Shown: positions 14,143 through 31,196, numbered from the stretch's first letter. The stretch: DNA of 64,000 nt from Trichoplax adhaerens (GCF_000150275.1 NW_002060964.1:62001-126000), one strand, 5' to 3'. A program made the numbers and translations. The notes: a model not told the origin generated them from the sequence alone.

Positions 14143-14599
14143 AGTGCTGCATCATCTGATGGACGGACATATCGTATTAAGGTAGAGATGAAAATGTCGA
14201 AAATTGCAAAACAGACTATACAGTACAGTCGTTACGGTACTTGCACTATGGTTCTTGTGTGTCTCTTTTCTAAATTGCTCTTACTAATTCAAAAACATGC
14301 ATGACATCAAATAACTTTGAACAAGTAGAAGTTAGACTTCATGATGTATTATACGCGATATAGCGTCAATGGAATAGTGCTGCATCGACTGATGGACGGA
14401 CATATCGTATTAGATAGAGATGAAAATGTCGAATATTGCAATACAGTACAGTGGTTACGGTACTTGCACTATGGTTCTTGTGTGTCTCTTTTCTAAATTG
14501 CTCTTACTAATTCAAAAACATGCATGACATCAAATAACTTTGAACAAGTAGAAGTTAGACTTCATGATGTATTATACGCGATATAGCGTCAATGGAATA
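14143..14599. repeat. Tandem duplication, two copies of ~230 bp (14143-14375 and 14376-14599)
   Basis: Both copies run agtgctgcatc...gcgtcaatggaat; the 3' ~145 bp look identical, the 5' parts differ by substitutions and indels. Confidence 0.95.
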
Positions 14600-15283
14600 C
14601 ATTCATAGTACTGGATGAATATTAGGAAAATACTGCCAAGTCGATCAACAGTAGCTAGCCTGTACGAATCGTCTTTTGATCCGAGCTTTATAAAAGAGAA
14701 GTCAATGTAATATTACTTGATTTATAAATCTACTATAATGTATAGCGTATCGTATCATGGACTACGAGATGTAAGTCAGTAGTCCATGACTGTATTTACA
14801 CAACCAAACATCTCCACTCCATTCTCCTCACAGTGGAACAGTAGTGTAGTTTGACGACACAGTACTTGCAATAATCGTGCATCTAGTCGAAAATGTCCGT
14901 CTATCCAATAAGGTTTCCTGATCAGGCAAACGCTTTTTTCGAGCATAGCATCGAGTAGGTCCTCCGATCGATAAGATACATAATATGACTAAAAATGTCT
15001 TCATGTCGTGCTAAAGTATTTGATCCTATATACAGTACTTCAGGTCAGATTTGTGTTCACTTCCAAGACGAAAAGTAGCGCTCTTCTTTATTGTAGTCAT
15101 TGAACTAGGCTAGAACATTTGCAATTTCATTATAAGCCTGTTGCAAGTGTATTGCAAAATGTTGCAATGTTTACATTGTATAAGATTATGATGATGACGA
15201 TTAGTTACTCAGTTTAGCTGCATGAGTAGACAGCAGTACAGTACAATAATAAATAGTCTGACAGGCAGAGGTCGAACGGTCTC

Positions 15284-15464
15284 TGGACCCATTCTTCCTC
15301 CACCTCCAGTCCCTCTTTTTTCTGATATACACTTGTGCAGTCCTATCCTGTAAATCAACAAAAAAAGTTGGAGAAGATTTTCCCCCTGCAAAAACTCGAG
15401 CCCTGAGTTCACCGCGCTAAAAGAATGGACCGCTCCTACTCCACCTCCCACAGCCCCTTTTCTG
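15284..15464. repeat. Degenerate pyrimidine-rich direct repeat (15284-15324 and 15426-15464) upstream of HPD
   Basis: tggacc..ctccacctcc..ccct(c)tttt..ctg occurs twice, 142 bp apart. Confidence 0.6.
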
Positions 15465-15628
15465 TTGACACAGTACAGTACTGTACTGTATAGGATTGTA
15501 TGGAGCACTATCACGGATACCATGACGGTGCTTTATTCTATACTGTAGCAAGGTCTTCTCCTTGCAATCGTTGACAGCACCGTTATTAAGGCTCCACACT
15601 TAGCCATTTTAGTTAGTTGTTCGTCCTA

Positions 15629-15690
15629 ACTACAGTACAGTACTGTACTCTACTGTACTTCTACGGACTGTACTGTACACTGTACAGTAT
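15629..15690. promoter_or_regulatory. (TACTG/CAGTA)n cluster in the HPD proximal promoter
   Basis: tacagtacagtactgtactctactgtac...tactgtacactgtacagta, about 110-170 bp before the ATG. Confidence 0.6.
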
Positions 15691-15797
15691 GACTCGTGGC
15701 GACATCAGGTGACACGTATCACTGGTTGACAGACGTGACCGATCACTCCACGCTTGAACGCTTGAAATTGCTTCTTTTTGCTTTGATCGAAATCGTT

Positions 15798-19469
<3,672 letters not shown>

Positions 19470-21093
19470 CTTGATTATGCTTAAATATGATAGATTTATC
19501 TGCTGCAATCTAAAACATTGGTTAATCGTGTAAAAAAAGCGATTCGTTAGTAAAATGCAGCGTCAGATAGTAATATATAATTATTGCTACTAAAACTTAA
19601 GGATAACTAAAGATCTTAGACTAGCTGTCACTTGATGGATTATTTTCGATTGCAAATTATATCTTTGTTTACAAATGATAATAAAATCTGTCTGGGCCGC
19701 TAGAATATTCTGTAGTTTCTAGTAAAAGTAAATGTTTTGTAAAACAAAATTTTTAATGACATGACAAGTTTCATTGCGGCTTATGTGGTTAGTAAGATAG
19801 TGTAGTAGGTGGTTATGATAACGTTTTATTCTTTTACTGTACTTTTTAGTTTTGGATAGCATTACATGAATGGAACATATGCAGTAAGAATATTCATGTT
19901 ATGATAATCGTAAAGGTTAAGTACGGCATTGCTGACCGGACGAATGTGCAATGGCTCATGTCAGTCTAAATAAGCTGGAAAACGTACCGTAAACTATTGA
20001 CTTTTAGGGAAATTTAAAGGGTAGAGATAATCGAATAAAATTTCCAACGTTTTAAATAAATGATACATCGTTTTATGCAAGAATGGCAATCCTTACCCAT
20101 CTTAGCCGCATATCACTTGTCTCAGAAATTTACAAGAAATTACATTTATCGTTCCAAAGATTTTAAGAATATTGCAACATTATAACATTTTTACGACATA
20201 GTCTGAATTTGAGATCTAGAATTGCAGAAGTAAATGCATCGTACATCTACTATTGGCTACAGCAGTGTATCAACGAGTGCTACCTGTGCTTAGATTGCTT
20301 CTATGCTGCAAGCCCAGAATTAAAAGATACATCCAGCAACTATATATTGCATCCGTAATCAAACCAGAAAAATAGTACGGTAACTTATGTGCTTGATGCG
20401 TACTAACATACTGTAGTTCAGTGATATAAGCCAAAGAAGAGTTACAAACAGTACGTTGTATCATTTCTTAATTTTTCCGCCAATCACTTATAATCTTACA
20501 AGCAGAAATGTAGCATTCGCTTTGCAATGTTAACTGGTTGAAAGTTTACTTTAACTGAAAATGAATCTTTGATCTGCCGAATTCGTTTACTACATAAACG
20601 TTTAAAATTAGGCCAATACATTTACTTATCAAGTATGCATATCTTACAAGCGACTAAAATATTATAAACAATCAGTAAATAAAATTCTCTAAATATTCCT
20701 AGTGAATGGTACTAAAAGTATGTGCAATCATACTATTATTAGGCCATTCACCGTTTCCTTATTAAACTAGGATATATTATACAACAGATAGAAAGTACAC
20801 CATTACAATTCGTAATGTTACAAGCATATCAAGGATTGTTAACTAGTACTGAACTTACGTATTTGACGCTCAGCTTTGGAAGCAAAATACAGCGTACTAA
20901 CGTAATTTTACATAAATTGAACCTGATCGAAATACTGAGACATAAGTACTATTTTGCTAAGGATATAAGTTTAAAATAAAATAAATACAAATTATCTAAC
21001 GATTGGATAACGTATCGTAATCCTTTTCGAAAAACTCTGTTTGCCAATAAAAGGAAAGTTAACATTTCTATAAGAGTTAATAGACAATCATCG

Positions 21094-23988
21094 CTACTTC
21101 TTGCGTTGATGAGCTTTTGTTGTAAATATGTAACGCTGTGGAACTGGAAGCGGGGGAGAATAACCGTGCTCATAACTTGGATCTTCGAACGACACAAGAT
21201 ACTCCTCATCAATCTGTATTGTTACAGAAATGAAAGTACAAATATAACAGTAAAAATGAATAATAAGTTTGTGTCTAATTCATTATACTCCAATAGAATG
21301 GAGGACAACAAAAAATTTCGTCTTACTGTGGAAGGCCGACTGTGTACCACACCAAAGTAGAAGCAAGTTGTTTGAGGATATAAGGCGTATACTTGCTAAA
21401 ATTTACACACCAATAAAACTGTCACATTAACGTATTAACATGCATTACGATAAAATTAAAAAACATAACATGAGGTTGAGAATTGGAAATGAAAAGTGTA
21501 AAAAAGCTATCTTGAATTGTATATATATATTAATTAAAGTCAAAACTCTCTGTCTGATATTACGGAGATTACAATATCAATATAATTTATTCTATAGTAA
21601 CATTTACAAATCTGTACTATGTGATGCATACTAGGTGATATCAGTTTATGTTAGTGGGTAATAAACAGGGCTGAATAATTTACCTGATGTTTTTGATACA
21701 ATGCCTGAGGATGGGTGCTAGGATTTGCTTTATACTTAGGCAACGGGGTCGTACGACGACATGGAAGCTGATATCGCCTAAAAATTAGTGATGTAATTAA
21801 CGATAGGCATCTTTTTAGTAACGATGTTTATACATAAATCGACAGGAGTCCCTTCTAATTACGAGTATAATCAACAAGCACAGAGTGCTACTGACTCTTT
21901 TCCATGCTTTCCTTCTCCATCAATGTCTTCGATTTCGTACCTAATTAGAGTTAATAAAATGACGAGTGAATGATATGAGACTTTTTGAATGTAAATAGAC
22001 AAGAATAATAAGATGCGCTATACTTATTAGAAAATGTGCTATGAGAAGCCACTTCTCCAAGAATCCACTGATCTTCATCAGCATCAACTTTCACTTTTGC
22101 TGCAACCTAGTGGTGATAGAAGTAGAAATTGCCCATGCTACTGATTCACGATTATAAGATAGCAAATTGATAAGATGACTGGAATTGTTTACCGACATAC
22201 CTTATCACCAGGCTTTGCTACATATCCACTTTCAGCAGGAATACAACCGCAGAGTGGAGGAGGGCTACAGATTATAATTACGAGCATTTACTAGAAATTG
22301 TAATGTAGTATGCGAACTACGAACACAGTTGTAGACTAATAAAAGTAAGATAGTATAGTCGTTAAGTATAATTTAAAACCATAGGAGCTAACTTTGAGAT
22401 CACAGAAACAGTATCATTACTTCAAATACACAAGTCATGTTTTAAATACGGCTTATTTATGGTGAGCAACCTCTCAGATAACTTGCCATTCCAAATCGGT
22501 AGATCAGCTGCTTCTTGTTGGAGAATAGACATCAGTACACTCTTACGAACAGGAGCCGGCTTTCTGCTAATACTGTAATTGATTGATATATATAAGGAAG
22601 TAAGCTAAGGAAATCCGATAAGTATGATAACCAAATACAGACTGTTAGTACCAATATTCTAATTGCAAGCACATTTAAACTTTGGAGATTTTACATAATT
22701 AAGTTTTTGTTAATAACAGTCAATAAACTGCACAAATCCACAAGTGACCTGCTTTCTTCATTATGACCAGATTGATTGGTTGGCGTTCGACCACCTATAA
22801 TATTTATTGATACGCTCTTATTAGGCGATTTAGAACTATAACAGTTCAAGAGCATAACTGGAGAAAGAACAAACCTTGTTTCTTGTCACTCTTTAATGCA
22901 TTTATCAAGGCTATTTTATCCAGAGCTTTCCTAATTAAACTATTTCATTGAGTCGATATTGAAAGAAGTAAATTGAAATTAATAATTTGCATCATTGTTA
23001 ACTAATTCGAATACAGGACAACTGCGCCATTTTTAATTCAATAGTATTGATTTTGGAGGTATGATCCATCAACATTGTCAACTTACGAAACTATGCGGCA
23101 ATTAAAAATTTACCGTATAAATATTAATCGTGTTTACAGTTATTAGTCGATGCGGTAAGCCTCCTACCAGTGTCCTTATACTAATCCATTGCATGATCCA
23201 TTTATTTACTATTTTCATCATTTTACCGTCGTTATTGCCTACTAACTTACTCTGCTTCAATCTTAGCATCAGCTTGAGCGGATGTATACAATCCACGCAG
23301 TTTTTGCTTGAAATACATGGACACTATGAAGAAAGGCAATTGATAGTCCATTATTCATAATAGCGTATAAACATTGTTACGCGTAATCGATTTGTAGTAC
23401 TGCATAAAATGCTACTATGTAAAGTGCCTTTAAATACTTTATGGCGTATAACTTTGAAGTACGCCCAATAGAAGTAGAACTATGTTGATGGAATGCAACG
23501 ATGGGAAGTAATTCTAATGATTACGATACTCGTATACATATTATAAACAATTTAGCTGCACGTTATCAATGTTAGCTAAGGCAATTACCTCTTTGTTCGC
23601 TTTTCATCCGGTCATGGGTTTTTCTAATATTAAGTAAACTATTTGCACCACGAGTGCGTTCATCCTAAATCAAGATCGTTATTTATACTTGCGTTTAATT
23701 TAATCATTTGTATTATTATTATCCAGGTGCAATATCATGATCCTACCACCATAGGCAAGCTGATCAAGGATAGGAATGATTGATGTTTGTTGTGTGTACA
23801 ACTGGACAATCAGTTAAAATCATGATTAACGGGTAACACTATTTCTGTATCGACCATACCTGTAACTGATGAATTAGGCTGTGTAATTCTCGCAAAAGAG
23901 TAGGGATACTATAATTTCCACTTGGTGGAATGATAGCGTTAGGAACCGAGGTGGCAGAAACAGTCTGAGATTGGCGTTTACGAGGCAT
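21094..23988 (-). CDS. SGF29: SAGA-associated factor 29 (double Tudor H3K4me2/3 reader; CCDC101)
   Basis: LLRELHSLIHQLQ|DERTRGANSLLNIRKTHDRM..PPPLCGCIPAESGYVAKPGDK|VAAKVK..DQWILGEV..ALYPQTTCFY..EEYLVSFEDPSYEHGYSPPLPVPQRYI; stop at 21094-21096. Confidence 0.93.
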
Positions 23989-24245
23989 GATATTACTAAT
24001 TTTGCTGGATTTGAAATGCTCTTCAGCCTTTTCAAATGTTTGGGCTTTAAAGCATTTTGCGGTTCTCTCTACGCTCAGTACACCATTGAATAGCGACGAT
24101 GCTCATCGCTGTGTACAGTGTATCGTCTACAGTATACAGTACTTTTCGGTACTGTACACTGTACTGTAAGTTGAACTTGGATGCACTGTACTACTGAGCA
24201 CTGCATGGTCAAAGGAGTGTCTATTGTTTCATGGTACAGTACTGT

Positions 24246-24281
24246 ACTAGAGACCCTCTATGGACATAGAGGGTCTCTAGT
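24246..24281. repeat. Perfect 17-bp inverted repeat with a 2-nt loop in the SGF29/TLCD3 divergent promoter
   Basis: actagagaccctctatg-ga-catagagggtctctagt. Confidence 0.9.
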
Positions 24282-24664
24282 GTACATTATACAATCAAAG
24301 TTGGATCATCGCACGTGACCAGAAATCCCCAATGACAGCGTTAATAATAATCATTCATTATAATGGATTATTTATTAATAATTACATTAGACTGATACTT
24401 TAGAAGACAAGATTACATTATAGAATAATAAAATTAAAATCAGTTATGTATGACTACCTAGAGAGAAGATTGTAGGAGATAGCAAGGAGTAAAATTGACA
24501 AGGTACTGTCTATTTTGATATCGAGGTCATCATGATATTTATTTACTGTGAATACGATACAATATAACGCTGATAGAGAGTAATTCAAAATAGAAATAAA
24601 CAGTACTTTAGTCTACGGTAAATTGGAAAATTGGATTGATTCCAAGCACGTACAGTACTATAGT

Positions 24665-27311
24665 ATGGCCGGCAATGACGATGAATTGCATCTAGGTTCG
24701 AAGTTGATGCTTTTATCGGTGGGATGTGTTTACTTCCCATGTCTTTATTATTTTGTCGATTCACTGCTAAGGAGAACTTGTCAAACTCTTGATGAAAGCC
24801 AATATAGAAAGATCAACGTTAGGTAATTGATGTATGCTTATTGTATATTATAGAAAGGATAAAATATGACGCTATAATCAGAGTTACTACCTCAATACTG
24901 TACGCATACATCAATGATCAAATTTGAATCAACGAGTGAAATGAACTTATAATGCAGTTATAATTAAAATGTCAATTTTGAAGAGAGCACTTTCCTTACA
25001 GTGCATGATCCTAACGTCTTAACTTTATATGCTTTCTTATCTAATGCGCGTAGATTGATTTTCTACGCAATCTGTTTAGGCTAAAGCTGTGAGGCATCAT
25101 TGATAGAGATTGATCAATATTTCTTTAACCGCTGTACGAGTGTTATCTTGATATACAGTATGATTAATCTCTTTCTTTTTAGGATCGTATCATCGTTTCA
25201 AGCTTTGATGGCGTGTACTGTTGGCGTTACTACCGTATTCTCCGTACATGATATCATTCATGATAGGTAAGACCTTCATAGGTATACGTATTTAATCGTT
25301 TGTTTACAAAAAGGACTAGAAATCGTTGATCATTTTGCTAGTTCTACAACATGCGAGTAGTACTGTACTGTACTTCCTATACGCATATAGTTTTTAATTA
25401 CGTTACTATAACATATAATGCCATCATGCACACCTTACAGATTCTGTAAGCTGTAGAAATTCAAAATTATAGCTTCAATTCTTACATTGAAGCAAGATCA
25501 GAAACCGGGCCCTATTGCGGAAGTAATTTATCAATATATCGTGCGTGTGGTCAATTGGATACCTATTTACAGTATAAATTAAATTAAAGCTATAGATATT
25601 GTAATTAAATCGAAATATTTCCTTGGTATTATTATCTGTCTTGTTGCATTATTTAATAAAGTACCGAATGTTTCCTTCCACTGCCATAACACTACAGCAC
25701 CAATCACCAATGCACTGTACAGTACGCGTACAGAATATAAAGTTAAATGGTCGATATTGCATGTAGCTTATTCATGCTGCCTTTCATACGATAGGCGATT
25801 ACTAATTAAAATAATTGTTGCCTTAACTCATCTGCCTTTTCTATAAGAGTACTTTTTAACTGTCCAGTAATACTCTAATAGTTAATCTTGGAGTGATTTT
25901 ATGAGTTGCACGATTACAGGACATTGTTAATACTGTATATTTGGATTTATGGTAAGATTAACCAACTTATTAATAGTCAAGCTTGTAGTTGTAAACAAGA
26001 TCTATCGGTAACACCTTAATTAAACCATCTTGCTCGATTCTTAATAGATTATAACTGCTATAGATTATGGATTATCACACACTAATGCAATAAACATTTT
26101 CCGTAAAGGTATAAATTTACGCATATATCGCATAGTCAGATTTCAAGTTTAGGACGATGATACAGCATGTCGCTTGATATGTGTATGTACGATATACATA
26201 ATCTCGTAAAGTAAACCTTACAGAGATTTTGAAACTATTCAATAGTCTTTTTCGTTAGCAATCAGTGCGACCATATAAGCGGTTTATGTTACAAATTAAG
26301 ATGTCATGTTTACCTTTGCAGATTTTGGTTAATCGAATATTACTGCTGGTTTGGGCTAGCTTATTTCTTTTACGATATATGGGCAATGTATCGAAGTTAT
26401 CGGTACGAACATAAACAATTACAAGATGAAGTCTCACTTCTGCGAATGTTTCTACACTCGAAAACATCAGTGGTAATTCACCATATTGCCATTCCGTGTA
26501 TTGGCTTCCCAATAGTCGTGGTAAGAAAAGCTTACTAGCATGTGTCGACTGCTATTCTATTGAATTACTTACTGTATATTCTCGTTTAGAGTGGTAAAAC
26601 GTTATATAAATAAATACTGCCGTAGTTTCATGACTTTCATAACGCTTTTTCTTTAAAGTACATCCGTCGTGGTTTAGGTGACTACTTTTTAGCTCTTTTC
26701 TTCCTATTCGAACTAAGTACTCCATTTCTCTCTTCAGTTTCGGTACTACAAATTGTAAGTATCACCCAAGTTACTAGCTTAAGTTGCCTAAGTATAAATA
26801 ACAACAGTAACTGTTGTTATCATTCTGTTTAATTTTTAATTTCAATATTCGAACTATAACATTTTATCGCAAACAGCTGAAAATGCAAACTTCCAAACTC
26901 TACACCGTAAATGGTATACTGTTGTTGGTGACATTTTTTTGTTGTCGTGTCCTGATGATTCCTATTATGTATTGGTCTTATGCACGATATAAAAATATTT
27001 CCTGGCTATGGCAAGTACCGTTGTCTATTCCCATGAAATGTAACATAGGATGCACGGTTATATTACTATTTCAATTATTTTGGCTGAATCAAATTTTAAG
27101 AACAATCACGTCCAATATACCCGTCAAATCTATCGGCGAATACCTAGTAGGACGAGGTAATTATAACTTTATCGTAAGAATACTTTTGTCTATCGTTGTA
27201 GATACTACTATAAATTCTGGTTCGTTGTGTATGCTGCACCAGTCGCTAACCAACTACCAATTTTCTCACTGTAGGCGTAATAAGCTAGCAAGTATGGCCT
27301 ATGCAGAATAG
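24665..27311 (+). CDS. TLCD3: TLC-domain membrane protein, TLCD3/FAM57 family, about 5 exons
   Basis: RIVSSFQALMACTVG..DIIHDR|FWLIEYYCWFGLAYFFYDIWAMY..VIHHIAI..RRGLGDYF..ELSTPFLS..KLYTVNGILLLVTFFCCRVLMIPIMYWSY..CNIGC; the exact C-terminus is uncertain. Confidence 0.85.
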
Positions 27312-27370
27312 ACATTTATAAAATTTGTTTATTGAAATGTACAGAACGAATGATCACATTGTGTTAAATT

Positions 27371-30052
27371 TTATAAACGACATAAGAAAAATACGGTAGG
27401 GATGAATACACCAACAGCAACTGCAATTGGTACAACATAGCTACTACCATCATCAACTGCATATGGATTGACAACAGGCGGCCCTGATAATTTCCTGCTA
27501 TGCGGTGTTTGAGTATTGTCTGTGTTACTGTTTGTATCGCTTGTATCGTCATCGTCATCAAAGTCTTTATCCGCTTCCTCTGCTCCAGCTAGTGGGGCTA
27601 GCTTGGGTACATCTGTGGACATTAAAGTTAATTAAAATGAGCATTGTTAAGGAGATGATTACACCGCAAGGTCATTAATATTGCAATTACCTGATACTTG
27701 TCCTTTCATCACCACTATGGCATTAACTTTTGGATTATCTAAATGTCCCTAATTCGATGTAGAAGACCGATTACTTACATTTAATGATATTCTCTCGTAC
27801 ATATCTGATGTATTAATGAACCTATAACGCATTTATGAAGTACTTTGAGTACTAAATTACAAATATTACCTTGATAAACTCTACTGTTAAAACTCCTTTG
27901 AAAGGAGATGACTCATCGTTGATCAATAAAGATTTATGAGATATTTTAAAGGGTATGTATTCATCGTGTGCTGTTCCCTTGCCAACTTTATGATAAATAT
28001 CTAGCCCTTTAATAACCTCATGTTTTGAATTCAAACGGACATCAAATACCTGTATTGGTACGATAAAAAAGTAGTATTAACATTAAATGCAATAAAAGCT
28101 GGTATAATACACGTATACATAAATACAGTATGTATTCTCTTCTATCAGCAACTAGGCGATTTATACAATACTTTGTATACCAACTTACACACTGTATATA
28201 TTTGTATAGTGTAAGTTGAAGTCATGTTACCGTAATAAACGCATTTGATATCGGCTCCATTCATCTACAGTATAGTGCTCAGTTCTAAGGACACGCTTGA
28301 GCATTGACTATCTAAGCACGAATCTAAGAATCATAATTGGTATTTTTATCACACTATCACATAATAGAATCAGTCGTGTTTAACATTGTCATAGTGTGCT
28401 TAATGGAAAAAATACGCTCACAATCCCAACCATGCTATGTCATTAGAGTATCTTAGGAATCACAATAAATCCTAATGACAATACTATGTAAGGCTAATTA
28501 TAATTAAGGGTCACCATCATTGTACAGCAATTGTAAAAACCATTATCACAGCATTACCCTGAATCAGTCATGTTCAATATTGTTGCCATGTGCTTACTGA
28601 AAGATAGGCTAATGATTACAGCTGTACTGTGTAGTGAGAATATCGCAGTAACTACCGTCAGCATTAGTGTAAAGCTTCATTGCATCCATATACGAGTATG
28701 TAATTGTTTCAAAACGGGATTAACTTTGACCTTGTGTGTATAGTACACCCAGTTTCATAGAAATACACATTTAAATCTCCAAAAACTTTCCATACACGCT
28801 GTACAATGGAAATCAGCTATATAACGGATAGAATTTTTAGAGTGTATCCATGCAGATGTGTACGGAATTTTGAAATTCTCAATGTCTTGATTTGACTCGC
28901 ATCCATTACAGTATCCTTAACTATGCAAGTATTTAACATCTACAGTAATATACAGTCCTATTATAGCTAAAGTACAGTAATCATGCACTTGATAAGAGGT
29001 TATAAAAGGAGACAAAAGAGCAGCTTACCTTACATCGTTACACTAGTAGTATTCAGGCAAGTACAATGGTATCTAGTTGATGCTGATAGCTAATGAAGGT
29101 ACTTTGTACTAAAGGAACTGGAAGGAAATTTTCATCACGAAATAGTCCTAATTGAGCGCTATCATTTTTTATCTGACTAGTCATCTGCAAGATATATTGT
29201 ATTGAAACTTTCTATATCTCGTATAATCGTATTGAATAGTGGGACCTGCTTAACGTTAACCGGCAGCTACTGATAGTTATAAATCTGCTATTATTTCATT
29301 TTAGTAACTGACCGGCGACACTATCGTTAGCGATGATAATTATAATTAGATGCGCGTACATACTCTATACTAAAACAATTGGGGTATAAGATTACGGAAA
29401 GATTTGGCCTATTGATAAAATGTTGATAACATCTAATTCATAACGTCTTTGTATCCTTGCAGGCATAGTAAATTGTTCTATAGCATTGAAATCAGTGAAG
29501 ATATACTGTATAACAGTTTGGTATCGATATACCGTACACCTTGGAAAGCAATAACAGTCTTGAGCTACTACTCAACTAAAGTGAAGGTATTTTAATTCTA
29601 GTTGTCCTTCTAGTCAAAACAGAAAGCGTAAACTAAAGTCAGCAAGATAACGGATGATTACATAACATCGTTATCGGAGTACAGCACCATAGCTTCCTAT
29701 CACTAACCTTCATATTAGATCCAGTGAAATAGACTTCACTAAATTTCAGAATGAGAACATAGTCGTCATCCTCTTTAATAGGAATATCATAACTAAATGT
29801 TTCTGAATGATATCGTTCTGTCTGATAGAGAATCTGATCTGGTGTAGGCACGCGGTTTATAGACAATTGAAGGCCATGATCGGAATTGATCCCAACTGTA
29901 TTGTAATCAGCTTGGTAATGGACACCATTTAAATCAGTATGTGCCGAGCCACCGCAATTGACAGCAAATATAACTTCACCGATTCCATGAACCGGTTGTA
30001 TAGCCACCAAAGTTAACAAACAGATTAACTGAATTAATCTCTCATCAGCCAT
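27371..30052 (-). CDS. MLEC: Malectin (ER Glc2-N-glycan lectin), 4 exons
   Basis: Signal peptide, then VIFAVNCGG..DQILYQTERYH..YVLILKFSEVYF..VFDVRLN..LDIYHKVG..AHDEYIPF..DNPKVNA..acidic stretch..NPYAVDD..VPIAVAVGVFIPTVFFLCRL* transmembrane tail. Confidence 0.96.
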
Positions 30053-30171
30053 AGCTAAAGAAGAGAGAATTGGGGAGTTCCTTCAACTTACCGATCGAAT
30101 CTTCTCGACTACAGTAAAGTTCGATGCGAATGCCCTTGTCGGCTAAGCGCTTCACCATGGCCTCTACCGCT

Positions 30172-30486
30172 TACAGTACACTGTACTGTACACTACCGTA
30201 GCGATAGAAATTGACCTTTGTGTACAGTACAGTACTGTAGATGTCGTCTAGAGCTCAGTAGAAAATGCGTCCTTCTATGAAACTCTATGTACAAAACCTT
30301 ATGATTACGGATCAGTACTATCACAGTACAGTACAGTACTCTACTTTACAGTACTGTGTACTGTACACTGCCAGTCTGTAAGTGAGACTGTGCCTGACGC
30401 CGGCGCAGTGCAGGACATCGACTGACTGGTCTACAGTACAGTACAGTGCAGTACAGTACAGTACAGTACTATACTGTACAGTACTA
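30172..30486. promoter_or_regulatory. Dense (CAGTA/TACTG)n cluster in the MLEC/CCT6 divergent promoter
   Basis: Several runs, e.g. ctacagtacagtacagtgcagtacagtacagtacagtact at 30431-30470. Confidence 0.65.
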
Positions 30487-30888
30487 TCTTAATGAAGAGA
30501 GAATTGTACTGTAGGCCTTTGCAAAATTATGTCACGCTACTCACTAGAGACCATAGTCAAGTGAATGGCATAGGCTAGCATAGCAACCTTTACACAGAAC
30601 TTTCGTTTATGTTTCAAATAGTAATGATTTACATTGGAAATTACTACAAAAATAGACCGAATCGATGCTAATGCAGTACTGTACAGTACAGCACTGTCTT
30701 AATCAAGAGAGAATTGTACTGTACTGTAGGCCTTTGTAAAATTATGTCACGCTAATCACTACAGACCACCATAGTCAAGTGAATGGCATAGCAACCTTAC
30801 ACAGAACTTTCATTTGTGTTTCATTTCTTTCAAATAGTAATGAATTATATTGGAAACTACTACAAAATTAGACCGAATTGATGCTAAT
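30472..30888. repeat. Diverged tandem duplication, two copies of ~205 bp (30472-30672 and 30677-30888)
   Basis: Both copies start tactgtacagtac, share aagagagaattgtactgta..aaaattatgtcacgcta..catagtcaagtgaatggcatag..tagaccgaat.gatgctaat, and differ by small indels. Confidence 0.92.
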
Positions 30889-31196
30889 CAATGAACAAGA
30901 ATTTATCATTAGGTCTACAAAGTACATCACAATCCACTGATAAACGTTAAAATCTTGGCTTGTCCACCACAACAATACAGTACAGTACAGCAACCAGGCA
31001 TCGAATGAGCGACATCACTTCTGCTCGCGTCGTCGTGAATACAGTACCCAATCATCGTCACTACAGTACTGTACTGCACATTCTACTGGACTGTACTGTA
31101 CGAATGAAGATCTCTGATCTGTCGTGCACTGTACTGGACTGACTCACATGCAGTCACTGTGGTCTAGCGTGGTATCCGCTCGCAAGCTAATAAAAC

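Noticed and set aside
15350-15465. U11-like snRNA on the minus strand (AAAAGGGGCT start, T-rich Sm-like site)
   Set aside because: Similarity is limited to a few 5' bases and the U11 stem-loops cannot be built
28911-28921. GTATCCTTAAC, resembling U12-type intron signals
   Set aside because: On the strand opposite malectin, inside its intron, with no flanking exons; the introns I reconstructed look like ordinary U2 GT-AG introns
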